Program-made: the position numbers and the translations under genes
Shown here: positions 17,722 through 27,556 of the stretch, in pieces
How the letters are laid out: each line of letters begins with the position of its first letter
How positions within the stretch are numbered: the first letter of the stretch is position 1
Assembly: GCA_031459875.1 (NCBI GenBank)
Contig: JAVKHQ010000019.1
Location: 1-57,735, forward strand
Length of the DNA stretch: 57,735 bases
Origin: Candidatus Fervidifonticultor sextus
Lineage (GTDB): Bacteria > Sysuimicrobiota > Sysuimicrobiia > Sysuimicrobiales > Humicultoraceae
Direction of reading: 5' to 3'
Notes under the pieces: generated by a model
Told to the model about the DNA's origin: nothing
Database searches by the model: none
What the model saw: only the letters and a program-made list of their open reading frames with translations

Positions 17722-19470
17722 CTACGGGCTCGTCCGCACCTCTGCCCCGCGCCGCGGCAGTCGCGACTCCACCGCCTCCAGCCACTCCTGCAGGCTGCGA
17801 ACCGCCTCCCGCCAGGCGCCGCCCACCTGCCCCATCTGCCGGAACTTCCGGTAGCGCTGTTCCACGAGCCGGCGCGGGGCCTGCCGGCTCAACTCCGCCA
17901 GTGAGGCCACCAGGTACCGGCGGACCTCGACCGCGGCCGCCGCGGGATCCATGTGCGCGCCCCCGGCGGGCTCAGGGATGATCCCGTCGATCACCCCCAG
18001 GCGCAGCAGGTCGGCGGCGGTCAACTTGAGCGCGGCCGCCACCTCCGGGGCGCGGGTCACGTCGCGGTAGAGGATCGCCGCCGCAGCCTCCGGGGAGATC
18101 ACCGAGTAGAAGGCGTGTTCCTGCATGAGCACGCGGTCGGCGACAGCCAGCGCCAGCGCGCCGCCGCTGCCGCCCTCGCCGATCACGACGGTCACGATCG
18201 GGGTCGGCAACAGCGCCATCGTCTGCAGGTTCTGGGCCAGGGCCTGGGCGATCCCGCGTCGCTCGGCCTCATAGCCCGGATAGGCGCCTTGGGTGTCGAT
18301 GAAGGTCACCAGCGGCAGGCGGAACTTGGCTGCCAGGTGCATCAGGCGCAGGGCCTTGCGGTAGCCCTCGGGCAGCGGCATCCCCTGGTGCGGGCCTGCG
18401 GGCGCGCCGGGGAGGCCAGCGCGTTCCTGCCCGATGACCACCACCGCGTGTCCCTCGATCTGCCCCAGGCCGCCCACGATGGACGGGTCGTCGCCGAACT
18501 GCCGATCCCCGTGCAGGCCCACGAACGAGGTCACGATCCGCTGGATGTAGGCCCTGGCGGTCGGACGCCGGGGGTGCCGGGCGGTCTGGACCACGTCCCA
18601 GGCCCGGGCCGGCGTCGCCGGCCCGGGCGCCCTCGGAAGCCGCTCGGCGGTCCACCGGCTCACCGGTTGGGGTCTGAGGTGGGCGATCAGGTACTGGACC
18701 GTCTCGCGCAGGCGGCGCCGATCGAGCAGCAGGTCAACCATGCCGCCGGCGAAGAGCCGCTCGGCCCGGTGCGAGTCCGGAGGCAGCGCCTCCCCGACGG
18801 TCGCCTCGATCACTCGGGGACCCACGAACCCGATCTGTGCGCCGGGCTCTGCGATCAGGACATCGCCCAGCGAGGCGAAACTGGCGGTGACCCCGCCAAA
18901 CGTGGGATGGGCGAGGACCGAGATGTGCGCCAGCCCGGCGGCGTGGTGGCGGGCCCGGGCCGCGGCGGTCTTCGCCATCTGCACCAGGGAGAGCATGCCT
19001 TCCTGCATCCGCGCCCCGCCGCTGCTGGTCACCGTGACGACGGGCAGGCGTCGGCGCGTGGCGGCTTCGAAGGCGTCGGCGATCTTCTCGCCGACCACCG
19101 AGCCCATGGAGCCGCCCAGGAACTCGAAGTCGAAGACCGCCACCACGACCGGCAGCCCGCCGACCTTCGCCTGACCGACCACGACGGCCTCCCGCAGGCC
19201 GGTCCCCCGGCGCGCGTCCACCAGCCGCGCCCGGTACGCGCGCTGGTCGGCGAACTGCAGCGGGTCGACGGACACCAGCCGCCGGTCAAACTCCCGGAAC
19301 GTCCCGGGATCCACCAGCGAGGCGATGCGGTCGCGGGCGGGCATCTGCAGGTGCCAGCCGCACGCCGGGCACAGCCACAGCGCCTGACGCAACACCTCGG
19401 AGGGCGTCTCGGTACCGCAGGAGGGACACCGGACGCCCACCGGAGCCGGAGTCGGTCTAGATCGCGCCAT
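17722..19470 (-). CDS. accDA: fused acyl-CoA carboxyltransferase beta-alpha (AccD-AccA fusion)
   Basis: N-half: C4 zinc ribbon, GGSMGSVVGEK, SGGARMQEG, GFVGPRVIE. C-half: ARHPRRP, LHGDR, PEGYRKA, GEGGSGGALA, YSVISPE. Confidence 0.92.
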   Translation of the reverse strand: MARSRPTPAPVGVRCPSCGTETPSEVLRQALWLCPACGWHLQMPARDRIASLVDPGTFREFDRRLVSVDPLQFADQRAYRARLVDARRGTGLREAVVVGQAKVGGLPVVVAVFDFEFLGGSMGSVVGEKIADAFEAATRRRLPVVTVTSSGGARMQEGMLSLVQMAKTAAARARHHAAGLAHISVLAHPTFGGVTASFASLGDVLIAEPGAQIGFVGPRVIEATVGEALPPDSHRAERLFAGGMVDLLLDRRRLRETVQYLIAHLRPQPVSRWTAERLPRAPGPATPARAWDVVQTARHPRRPTARAYIQRIVTSFVGLHGDRQFGDDPSIVGGLGQIEGHAVVVIGQERAGLPGAPAGPHQGMPLPEGYRKALRLMHLAAKFRLPLVTFIDTQGAYPGYEAERRGIAQALAQNLQTMALLPTPIVTVVIGEGGSGGALALAVADRVLMQEHAFYSVISPEAAAAILYRDVTRAPEVAAALKLTAADLLRLGVIDGIIPEPAGGAHMDPAAAAVEVRRYLVASLAELSRQAPRRLVEQRYRKFRQMGQVGGAWREAVRSLQEWLEAVESRLPRRGAEVRTSP

Positions 19471-20653
19471 GGTCGCGCAACGCGGCGATCGCGCCGACGC
19501 TGTAGCCCAGCTCCCGCAGGATGGCGTCGGTGTGCTGACCCAACAGCGGCGGCGGCGCGGCGATCCGGCCGGGCGTCGCCGAGAACTTCACCGGCACGCC
19601 GGTCTGCCTGATACGGCCGGCACGGGGATGGTCCACCTCGACCACCATCTGGCGGTGGTGCACCTGGGGGTCGGCGAACAGGTCCGACAGGAGGTAGATG
19701 GGGCCGGCCGGCACGCCGGCCTGCTCCATGATGGACACCCACTCGCCGGTCGCCCGCGCCGCGAAGATCGGCTCCAGCAGGGGGATCAGGGCGTCGCGGT
19801 GACGCACGCGGTCGGGGTTCGTCCGGAAGCGGGGGTCGTCCGCCAGGTGCGGCGCGCCCACCGCCACCACGAACCGGCTCCAGATCGCCTCGCTGCCCAC
19901 GGCAATGTTGATATACCCATCCTGGGTCCGGAACGCCTGGTAGGGGACCAGTGACGGGTGCGCGCTGCCCAGGCGCTTCGGGTTCTCGCCGGTGGCGAAG
20001 TAGTAGCCCGCCTGGTAGGTCATCCAGGCGACCTGGCCGTCGAGCATGGAGACGTCCACGTGTTGCCCCTGGCCGGTCCGGTCGCGCACCCGCAGGGCCG
20101 CCAGGATCCCATAGGCGGCAAACATCCCCGCGGCGATGTCCGTGACCGCGACCCCGACCTTAACCGGCGGGCCGCCTTCCTCGCCGGTGATCCCCATCAG
20201 CCCCCCCATCCCCTGCAGGATCAGGTCGTAGGCCACCCGTTCGCGGTAGGGGCCGTCCTGCCCGAAGCCCGAGATCGAGCAGTACACGAGGCGGGGGTTC
20301 AGCGCCGAGACGGTCGCATGGCCGAAGCCAAACCGATCCATGGTGCCGGGCCGGAAGTTCTCCACCAGCACGTCGCCGCGGACGAGGAGCCGGCGGAGCA
20401 CCTCCTGCCCCTCAGGATGCTTGAGGTTGAGGGTCAGGCTCTCCTTGTTCCGGTTGATCCCCAAAAAGTACGTGCTCTCGCCGTTCAGGAAGGGTGGCCC
20501 CCAGCCGCGCGTGTCGTCACCGGTCTCGGGCGTCTCCACCTTGATGACGCGGGCCCCCAGGTCCCCCAGCATGAGGGTGCAGTACGGCCCGGCCAGGGCC
20601 CGGGTCAGGTCGACGACCAGCAGATCCGACAGCGGCGCCAGGTCAGGCCTCAA
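19457..20653 (-). CDS. family III CoA-transferase (CaiB/BaiF)
   Basis: AGPYCT, GDDTR, NRNKES, ENFRPG, catalytic Asp in VTDIAAG, PPLLGQHT. Confidence 0.94.
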   Translation of the reverse strand: MRPDLAPLSDLLVVDLTRALAGPYCTLMLGDLGARVIKVETPETGDDTRGWGPPFLNGESTYFLGINRNKESLTLNLKHPEGQEVLRRLLVRGDVLVENFRPGTMDRFGFGHATVSALNPRLVYCSISGFGQDGPYRERVAYDLILQGMGGLMGITGEEGGPPVKVGVAVTDIAAGMFAAYGILAALRVRDRTGQGQHVDVSMLDGQVAWMTYQAGYYFATGENPKRLGSAHPSLVPYQAFRTQDGYINIAVGSEAIWSRFVVAVGAPHLADDPRFRTNPDRVRHRDALIPLLEPIFAARATGEWVSIMEQAGVPAGPIYLLSDLFADPQVHHRQMVVEVDHPRAGRIRQTGVPVKFSATPGRIAAPPPLLGQHTDAILRELGYSVGAIAALRDHGAI

Positions 20654-21473
20654 CGAACGCCACGAACCGGCAGAACGCGGCCTCGCCGCCCTTGAACCGG
20701 AACGGGAAGCACCCCACCCAGACCCGCTGGTTGAGGATGAGGTCGATCTCGCCGCCGACGTTCTCCACGTGGAAGACGCCCTGGGGAAACAGCATGGTGT
20801 GCGTGGCCTGATAGTCCTTCGGCCAGGGGAACGCCTGATCCATGGGCATGCCGATCTTCCGTTCCACCTCGGGGATCAGGTCGCGCCGGGCGTCCCGTAC
20901 CTTGGTGTTGAAGGGGTGGTCGGTGGAGATGGCGTCGACGGCCATCCACCGGATGCCGCGGTCCAGCACCCACTGGCAGAATTCGGCGCGCGGCCCGGGG
21001 TGGCGCAGGAAGGACCGCGGCAGGTCGGGGCGGGCATCGGGGTGCTGCCGCTTCGTGTGTTCGGACCAGTCTTCGTTGTAGTAAGCGTGGTAGCCGGTGT
21101 GGATCACCAGGATGTCCCCGCGCTCGATGCGGATGTGGTACGTCTTTTCCCACTGCTCGAAGTGCTGCGGCCCGTAGATGTCGTAGTCGCCGATGCCGAA
21201 CTGCTGCAGGTCCACGATGCACGCCGGGCCGACCAGGGCGGTGATGGGAATCCCGGCCACGTCCGGTCCCGGGTCGTGGAAGTGCAGGGGCGCATCCAGG
21301 TGGGTGGCGATGTGGTTGGTGCTGCTGATGTGCTGGGCGTTGACACCCTCGAAGGCCATCTTCTTGACCCACTTGATGGTGGGGCCCTCGTAGTAGGCAA
21401 AGGGCGGGGAGTCCATGCTGAAGTTCTGCGAGAGATCCAGCACCCGCGCCCGGGACAGGTCGAACGCTCTCAT
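20643..21473 (-). CDS. cyclase family metal-dependent hydrolase (kynurenine formamidase/isatin hydrolase-like)
   Basis: VLDLS, HIATHLDAPLH, GDILVIHTG, STDHP, HVEN. GGAGG RBS. Confidence 0.88.
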   Translation of the reverse strand: MRAFDLSRARVLDLSQNFSMDSPPFAYYEGPTIKWVKKMAFEGVNAQHISSTNHIATHLDAPLHFHDPGPDVAGIPITALVGPACIVDLQQFGIGDYDIYGPQHFEQWEKTYHIRIERGDILVIHTGYHAYYNEDWSEHTKRQHPDARPDLPRSFLRHPGPRAEFCQWVLDRGIRWMAVDAISTDHPFNTKVRDARRDLIPEVERKIGMPMDQAFPWPKDYQATHTMLFPQGVFHVENVGGEIDLILNQRVWVGCFPFRFKGGEAAFCRFVAFVEA

Positions 21474-21592
21474 GCCTCCGCCTCCTTCGCTCCAGTCCCC
21501 CCTCGGTGGATACGACGCGACGAAATGCGAGCCCTCTGCCATCCGCGGCAGGGAAAGGGTGGCCGCGGGCCTAATTCCTTGCCGACTCCACC

Positions 21593-22861
21593 ATGGACCT
21601 GGTGATCAGGCGGGCTTCCACCCTGGGGCGCCTGCAACCCGTGGACATCGGGATCCGGGGCACCCGGATCGCCCGCGTCGCGCCGTCCATCGCCGAGCGC
21701 GGGACCGAGGAGATCGATGCGGCCGGCCGCCTGGTGACGCCGTCTCTGGTCGAGCCGCACATCCACCTGGATGCCGTGCTCACGGTCGGCCAGCCGCGGT
21801 ACAATGCCAGCGGCTCGCTGTTCGAGGGCATCGAGATCTGGGCCGAGCGGGTCAAGACGCTGACCCGCGAGGACGTCACGCGCCGGGCCGGTCAGGCGAT
21901 CCGGTGGATGCTGGCGCACGGCGTCACCCACATCCGGACCCACGTGGACGTCTGCGACCCCAACCTGACTGCGCTGCAGGCTCTGGTCGAGGTGCGCGAC
22001 GCATGGCGCGACCTCGTCACCATTCAGATCGTCGCCTTCCCGCAGCAGGGCCTCTACTCATTCCCCGACGGCGAGGCGCTGATGGTCAGGGCCCTGGACC
22101 TGGGCGCTGATGTCGTCGGCGGCATCCCGCACTACGAGTGGACCCGGGAGTACGGCGAGCGCGACGTCAGGACCGCCCTGCGCCTGGCCGCCGACCGGGG
22201 CCTGCGGGCCGACCTCCACTGCGACGAGACCGACGACGACCAGAGCCGGTTTTTGGAGCTGGTGGCGGCCGAGACGATCCGCCTGGGCCTGCAAGGCCGG
22301 GTGACCGCCAGCCACACCACGGCGATGCACTCCTACAACAACGCGTACGCCTACCGGCTGATCCGGTGGATGCGCCAGGCCGGAGTCCACATCATCACCA
22401 ACCCGCTGGACAACGCGGTCCTGCAGGGCCGGTTCGACGGCTATCCGATCCGCCGCGGGTTCACCCGGGTCAAGGAGTTGCTGGCCAACGGCATCAACGT
22501 CGCCATCGGGCACGACTCCATCATGGACCCCTGGTATCCCCTGGGCGTCGGCGACCCCATCCAGGCCTGCTTCGTCATGGTGCACTACGGCCACATGTCC
22601 GGCCACCAGGAGTTTGCCACGCTGCTGGAGATGACCACGGCGCGGGCCGCCGCCTGCCTCGGCCTGACCGACTACGGCCTGGCCGAGGGCTGCCAGGCCG
22701 ACCTGGTGGTGTTCGACGCGCCCACGCCGATGGATGTGATCCGCACCATGGCCCCGCGGCTGGCGGTCGTCTCCCGCGGCCGCGTGGTGGCACGCACGAC
22801 GCCCGCCCGGTCCGAGGTCATCGTCGACGGCGTGCCGGAGACGGTGGTCTTCCAGCCATGA
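21593..22861 (+). CDS. codA: bacterial cytosine deaminase
   Basis: EPHIHLD, LFEGIEIW, RTHVDV, VAFPQ, GGIPHYE, HCDETDD, SHTTAMHSY, GHD..DPWYPLG. Confidence 0.9.
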   Translation: MDLVIRRASTLGRLQPVDIGIRGTRIARVAPSIAERGTEEIDAAGRLVTPSLVEPHIHLDAVLTVGQPRYNASGSLFEGIEIWAERVKTLTREDVTRRAGQAIRWMLAHGVTHIRTHVDVCDPNLTALQALVEVRDAWRDLVTIQIVAFPQQGLYSFPDGEALMVRALDLGADVVGGIPHYEWTREYGERDVRTALRLAADRGLRADLHCDETDDDQSRFLELVAAETIRLGLQGRVTASHTTAMHSYNNAYAYRLIRWMRQAGVHIITNPLDNAVLQGRFDGYPIRRGFTRVKELLANGINVAIGHDSIMDPWYPLGVGDPIQACFVMVHYGHMSGHQEFATLLEMTTARAAACLGLTDYGLAEGCQADLVVFDAPTPMDVIRTMAPRLAVVSRGRVVARTTPARSEVIVDGVPETVVFQP

Positions 22862-23670
22862 CGCCGGACCCCGCCACCCCCGCGCCTCGCACGCGCCGGA
22901 CGGTGCGGCTGCCGATCGCGGAGCTGCGCTCGTGGACGCTGTTCGGCCTCGTCATGGTGGCGGCGTGGGAGGTGGTCTCCCGCGTCTACGCGCAGCCCTA
23001 CCTCGTCCCGGCGCCGTCGGCCATCGTCAGGGAATTCCGGGACAACTGGGAGCTCGCGCTCTCCTACGTGGCGATCACCAGCCAGGAGGTGGTCCTGGGG
23101 TTCCTGCTGGGGTCGGCGGCCGCGCTGCTGGGGGCGATGCTGTTCCTCTGGCTGCCCCGGGTCCTGGAAGAGTTCCTCTTCCGCATCATCGTCACCCTCA
23201 ATAGCACCCCGTTCGTGGCCCTGGCCTCCCTGGCGGTGGTGTGGTTCGGCCTGGGGATCACCAGCAAGATCATCATCGCCGGCATGTACACGTTCTTCGC
23301 GGTGCTCTACACGACCCACAAAGAGTTCGTCTCGGTCGAGACGATCCGCGAGCAGCTGATGGACATCTACAACGCCTCCTGGTGGCAGCGGATCTTCCTG
23401 CTGAAGATCCCCTCGGCCCTGCCCATCATCTTCGTGAGCCTCAAGGGCGGGGTGATGGCCGCGGTCAACGGTGCCATCGTGGGCGAACTGTTCGGCGCCT
23501 TCGAGGGACTGGGGTACATGATCCTGGATTCCCGCTATGTCGGCAACACGGTGCGCGTCTTCCTGGCCGCCGTCTTCTGCACTGCAATCGGGTGGGTGCT
23601 GCTCGGCGCCGTGACGGTCGCCGAGCGCGTGCTGATGCCCTGGCATGTCAGCGTGGCGGAGCGGCGGTAA
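22858..23670 (+). CDS. ABC transporter permease
   Basis: TM segments, KIPSALP, GAIVGE..G...GLGY. ATGA overlap with codA. Confidence 0.88.
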   Translation: MTPDPATPAPRTRRTVRLPIAELRSWTLFGLVMVAAWEVVSRVYAQPYLVPAPSAIVREFRDNWELALSYVAITSQEVVLGFLLGSAAALLGAMLFLWLPRVLEEFLFRIIVTLNSTPFVALASLAVVWFGLGITSKIIIAGMYTFFAVLYTTHKEFVSVETIREQLMDIYNASWWQRIFLLKIPSALPIIFVSLKGGVMAAVNGAIVGELFGAFEGLGYMILDSRYVGNTVRVFLAAVFCTAIGWVLLGAVTVAERVLMPWHVSVAERR

Positions 23671-23758
23671 CGCGCGACGGTCCCTGGGGGGTGGGAGACG
23701 GCTCGGTGAGTTGCCCGGCCAGCAGCCCGGCGGTGCACACCTGAGGAGGAGGCGCAGG

Positions 23759-24760
23759 ATGATGCGAAGGGGACTGAGTGTCGTCGTCATGCTGCTCGCG
23801 GTGGTCCTGGCCGTCAGCGGCACCATGCGCGCGCAGGGCATGGCCAAGGTCACCGTCTTCGAGGCCTGGTTCATCCACAACGAATCCATGGGCGACCCGG
23901 TGGCCGTCGAGAAGGGGTTCTACAGGTCGCTCAACCTCGACGTGAAGGTCGTCGGGGGCGGCCCGGGGCTGTCGCCCATTGACCGCGTGATGGCCGAGGC
24001 GAAGAAGGGCACGATCGTCTTCGGCGTCGACTACCCCTACAACATCCTGGAGGCGCGGGAGAAGCAGAAACTGCCCCTGGTGGTGGTGGCCCACGACTTC
24101 CAGAAGTCGGCCGTGCGGTTGATCTCCTGGAAGGAGATCAAGAGCGCCCGGGACATCGAGGGCACCGTCGCCACCTGGATCGGCTATGACAAGCAGATCA
24201 AGGCCGCCATCGGCCCCGACTGGGACAAGCGCATCAAGATCGTCAACCAGCAGGGTGACCCGGCCACCATCGGTTCGTGGCTGAAGAAGGACTACGTGTT
24301 CGCCCACGCGATGGCCTACAACGAGGTCCTGGTCGCCAAGCGGCAGGCCAAGGAGAAGTACTGGGTCTACGACTTTCCCAGCCTGGGGATCGACTGGCCC
24401 GAGAACGTGGTGTTCACCACCGAGGAGATCGTCCAGAAATATCCCCAGGTGGTTCAGGCCTTCGTCACCGGTCGCTACCAGGGCTACAAGTACGCGCTGG
24501 CCAACCGCCAGGAGGCCGTGCAGATCCTGGTCAAGTACAACTCCAACCTCAAGGGCGGCGAGGCCCACGAGCTAGAGGGGATGGACGCCATCGCGGCCAT
24601 CATGATCACGGACGCCACGCGCAAGCATGGACTCGGCTACGTGGACCCCTCCGGGTGGGAGCGGGTCGCCAGGGACATGACCCGGGCGAAGCTGTTCGCG
24701 GCGGCGCCGAACTACAAGGCAGCGTTCAGCACGAAGTTCCCGAGCAAGGTCATGCCGTAG
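23759..24760 (+). CDS. ABC substrate-binding protein (NMT1/THI5-like)
   Basis: Signal peptide, AVEKGFY..LDV..GGPG, YNE. Strong AGGAGG RBS. Confidence 0.85.
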   Translation: MMRRGLSVVVMLLAVVLAVSGTMRAQGMAKVTVFEAWFIHNESMGDPVAVEKGFYRSLNLDVKVVGGGPGLSPIDRVMAEAKKGTIVFGVDYPYNILEAREKQKLPLVVVAHDFQKSAVRLISWKEIKSARDIEGTVATWIGYDKQIKAAIGPDWDKRIKIVNQQGDPATIGSWLKKDYVFAHAMAYNEVLVAKRQAKEKYWVYDFPSLGIDWPENVVFTTEEIVQKYPQVVQAFVTGRYQGYKYALANRQEAVQILVKYNSNLKGGEAHELEGMDAIAAIMITDATRKHGLGYVDPSGWERVARDMTRAKLFAAAPNYKAAFSTKFPSKVMP

Positions 24761-24771
24761 TGGGCAGGATA

Positions 24772-24804
24772 GCCGGGGCGGGGGCGGGGCGCCCTCGCCC
24801 CGGC
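24772..24804 (+). other. intergenic GC-rich stem-loop after the SBP gene
   Basis: GCCGGGGCG...CGCCCCGGC inverted repeat without a U-tract. Confidence 0.5.
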
Positions 24805-24813
24805 GGGGCGCGC

Positions 24814-25677
24814 ATGACCGCCATCTCGCCAGCGGTCTCGGTGGCTGCGGAGCCGATCATCCGGCTGGAGGGCGTCTCTAAGACCTACGAGACGGGCCGC
24901 CGCGCGGGAGTGCGGGGCCCGGCGGCTGAGCGGATCCTCAACGTCGTCTGCAACTTCTCGCTGGAGATCCGGCCGCGGGAGTTCGTGTCCATCATCGGGC
25001 CGTCCGGCTGCGGCAAGACCACTGTCCTCTTCCTCCTGGCCGGGTTGCGCGAGGCCACCGCCGGCCGCATCGAGGTCTGCGGCCGGCCCCCGCGCGAGGC
25101 GGTGCGGGCGGGGCTCTCCAGCGTGATCTTCCAGCAGCCGGTGCTGTTCGAGTGGCTGACCGCCGAGGAGAACGTCCTGCTGCCCCTGCGCATGCGGGAC
25201 CCGCGGTGGTGGGCGTGGCCGCTGCGCCGGCGGCTCTACATCGATCAGGCCCGGCGCGCGCTGGGCACCGTCGAGCTCGGCGGCTTCGAGCACTACTATC
25301 CCGACAAACTCTCCGGTGGGATGCAGCAGCGCGTGGCAATCGCACGGGCGCTGACGCTGGAGCCGGAGGTGCTGCTCATGGACGAGCCCTTCGGCGCCCT
25401 GGACGAGATCACCCGGGACCGGATGAACCTGGAGCTCATCCGGCTGTTCGAAGACCGGGCGCTCACCATCGTCTTCGTCACCCACTCCATTGAGGAAGCC
25501 GTGTTCCTGTCGGACCGCGTGGTCGTCATGAGCCGCGGACCGTCGGCGGCCACCGGCTCCAGCATCGTGCGGGTCGTCGAGGTCGACCTCCCGCGGCCCA
25601 GACACCTGGCCCTCAAAGAGGATCCGGCCTTCTTCCTGAAGGTGAAGGAGGGCCGGGAGGCCCTGCGGGAGGCGTAG
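24814..25677 (+). CDS. ABC transporter ATP-binding protein
   Basis: [29 protein letters not shown]. Confidence 0.94.
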   Translation: MTAISPAVSVAAEPIIRLEGVSKTYETGRRAGVRGPAAERILNVVCNFSLEIRPREFVSIIGPSGCGKTTVLFLLAGLREATAGRIEVCGRPPREAVRAGLSSVIFQQPVLFEWLTAEENVLLPLRMRDPRWWAWPLRRRLYIDQARRALGTVELGGFEHYYPDKLSGGMQQRVAIARALTLEPEVLLMDEPFGALDEITRDRMNLELIRLFEDRALTIVFVTHSIEEAVFLSDRVVVMSRGPSAATGSSIVRVVEVDLPRPRHLALKEDPAFFLKVKEGREALREA

Positions 25678-25712
25678 ACCCGGGGCCGTCGGGCCTGTGG
25701 GTTTCCCGCAGC

Positions 25713-26171
25713 CTATTCCACTTCGAGGATCATCTCGATTTCCACGGCGATGCCCTGAGGCAGCGCGCCCATCCCCACGGCCGAGCGCGCGTGCCGGCCG
25801 GCCTCGCCGAAGAGGTCCACCAACAGGTCGGACGCGCCGTTGATGACCTGCGGCTGCTGCCCGAACTCCGGCGTGCAGTTGACCATGCCCAGGAGTTTGA
25901 CCACCCGCTTCACCCGGTCGAGATCGCCGAGCGCCTCTTTGACAGAGGCCAGGCAGTTGAGGGCCACCAGCCGGGCCGCCTGATAGCCCTGGTCCACCGT
26001 CAGGTCCTGGCCGACCTTCCCGATGAATTGCGGCCGGCCGTCGCGGTGGGGTCCGTGCCCCGAGACGAAGAGCAGGTTCCCGACCCGCACCGTGCGGACG
26101 TAGTTGGCCAGCGGCCCGGGTGGGACGGGCAACTCCAGTCCGAGTTCCGCCAGCCTGGCCTCAACCTTCAT
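25713..26171 (-). CDS. RidA/YjgF family protein
   Basis: ANYV, LFVSGH, NGASDLL, GRHARSAVG, VEIE. AGGGAGG RBS. Confidence 0.92.
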   Translation of the reverse strand: MKVEARLAELGLELPVPPGPLANYVRTVRVGNLLFVSGHGPHRDGRPQFIGKVGQDLTVDQGYQAARLVALNCLASVKEALGDLDRVKRVVKLLGMVNCTPEFGQQPQVINGASDLLVDLFGEAGRHARSAVGMGALPQGIAVEIEMILEVE

Positions 26172-26189
26172 GCATGGGTACCTCCCTTC

Positions 26190-26530
26190 CTGATGCGATA
26201 TTGCGATCCGGGCAGACTAACGCTGACAGTTGGGCAACGCGGGGCCGGTTCGTGCGGAGGCCGCCGTTCGACGCCGTCACCTCCACGCAGGGCGAGAAGT
26301 TCAAACCCCACCCGTCAGTGTACCGGAAGGCGCTGCGCACCCTCGGCGTGGCAGCCGAGGACCTCCTCCACGTGGCCGGCTCGCCCACGGACGCCATGGG
26401 CGCGACGGCGGAGGGGATCCGGACGGTGTGGGTCAACCGCGCAGGCGACACGGTCGCCGACCCCCGGCTGGCGCGTGCGCACGAGATCCGCGACCTGGTG
26501 GGGCTGCCGGAACTGCTCATCGCGGGCTGA
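26190..26530 (+). pseudogene. HAD (2-haloacid dehalogenase-like) hydrolase, C-terminal remnant
   Basis: FKPHPSVY, LHVAGSPTDAMGA and TVWVNR are present. Motif I (DxxGT) and the cap domain are absent, and there is no credible start. Confidence 0.65.
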
Positions 26531-26534
26531 CGGG

Positions 26535-27518
26535 TCACTGGAGGAAGATGTCCTCGCCGATCTCCTGTGCCATCGCCCGCCGGCAGGCCAACTGGGCGGT
26601 AGCGATGTCCTCCACCGCCAGCCCCAGGGATTTGAACAGGGTGATCTGCGCGGGATCCGTGCGGCCTGGGTGGCTGCCGGCGAACACCTCACCGATTTCC
26701 GCCTGAATGTGCGCCTGGGTGATGGCACCCTCCCGGAGGGGCTGGATGAGGTCGCCGGCTTCAGCCAGCGCGGCGACGCGCGAGTCCACGAACACGCGGG
26801 CGTTGGCCACGGCTACGGTGTCCATCTCGCGCCACTCCGGCCCGATGGCGCCGATCGCGTTGATGTGCACCCCCGGGCCGATCCAGGCGCCGTGGAGGAC
26901 CGGAGTCGGGCTGCTGGTGACGGTGCAGATGATCCCGGCGCCCCGCACCGCGTCCTGCGGGTCGGGGGCGATCGCCACCGTGACGCCGAAACGCTCGGTC
27001 GCCTCGCTGGCGAACCGCTCGGCACTGGCCCGAGTGCGCGACCAGACCCGCACTGTCTCGATCCGCCGCACCGCCAGCAGCGCCTCCAGGTGGCTGCGGG
27101 CCTGCACCCCCGCGCCCAGGAGCGCAAGCACGGAGGCGTCCTGCAGCGCCAGGTGCTTCGTCGCGGCGGCTGAGACCGCCGCGGTGCGCATCTCGGTGAT
27201 CAGCCGGCCGTCCAGGATGGCCTGAAGGGTCCCGGTCCGGGGATCCAGCATGAGGACGGTCGCCATGTGGGTGGGCAACCCGCGCGCGGCATTGCCCGGG
27301 TAGAATGTGACCGCCTTGAGCCCCAGCGTCCCCGGGCTGCGCAGGTATGCGGGCATGACCCCCAAGAACCCGCTGTGGTCGGCCACGGCGATCACCGACC
27401 GCAGCGGCTGGACGACCTCGCCCCGGGAGAACGCGGCCAGCGTCTGCTCCATCAAGGGGACGAGGTCGCGCATCGACAGCAGGCGGCGGAGGTCCGATTC
27501 CCTCAGCAGAAGCGCCAC
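26535..27518 (-). CDS. ornithine cyclodeaminase/mu-crystallin family protein
   Basis: GVMPAY, ITEMRTAAVS, GAGVQA, HINAIG, FKSLGLAVED. Confidence 0.93.
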   Translation of the reverse strand: MALLLRESDLRRLLSMRDLVPLMEQTLAAFSRGEVVQPLRSVIAVADHSGFLGVMPAYLRSPGTLGLKAVTFYPGNAARGLPTHMATVLMLDPRTGTLQAILDGRLITEMRTAAVSAAATKHLALQDASVLALLGAGVQARSHLEALLAVRRIETVRVWSRTRASAERFASEATERFGVTVAIAPDPQDAVRGAGIICTVTSSPTPVLHGAWIGPGVHINAIGAIGPEWREMDTVAVANARVFVDSRVAALAEAGDLIQPLREGAITQAHIQAEIGEVFAGSHPGRTDPAQITLFKSLGLAVEDIATAQLACRRAMAQEIGEDIFLQ

Positions 27519-27556
27519 GGTGGCCCCTCGTCACACGCGCCGACGGTGGTGACGCG

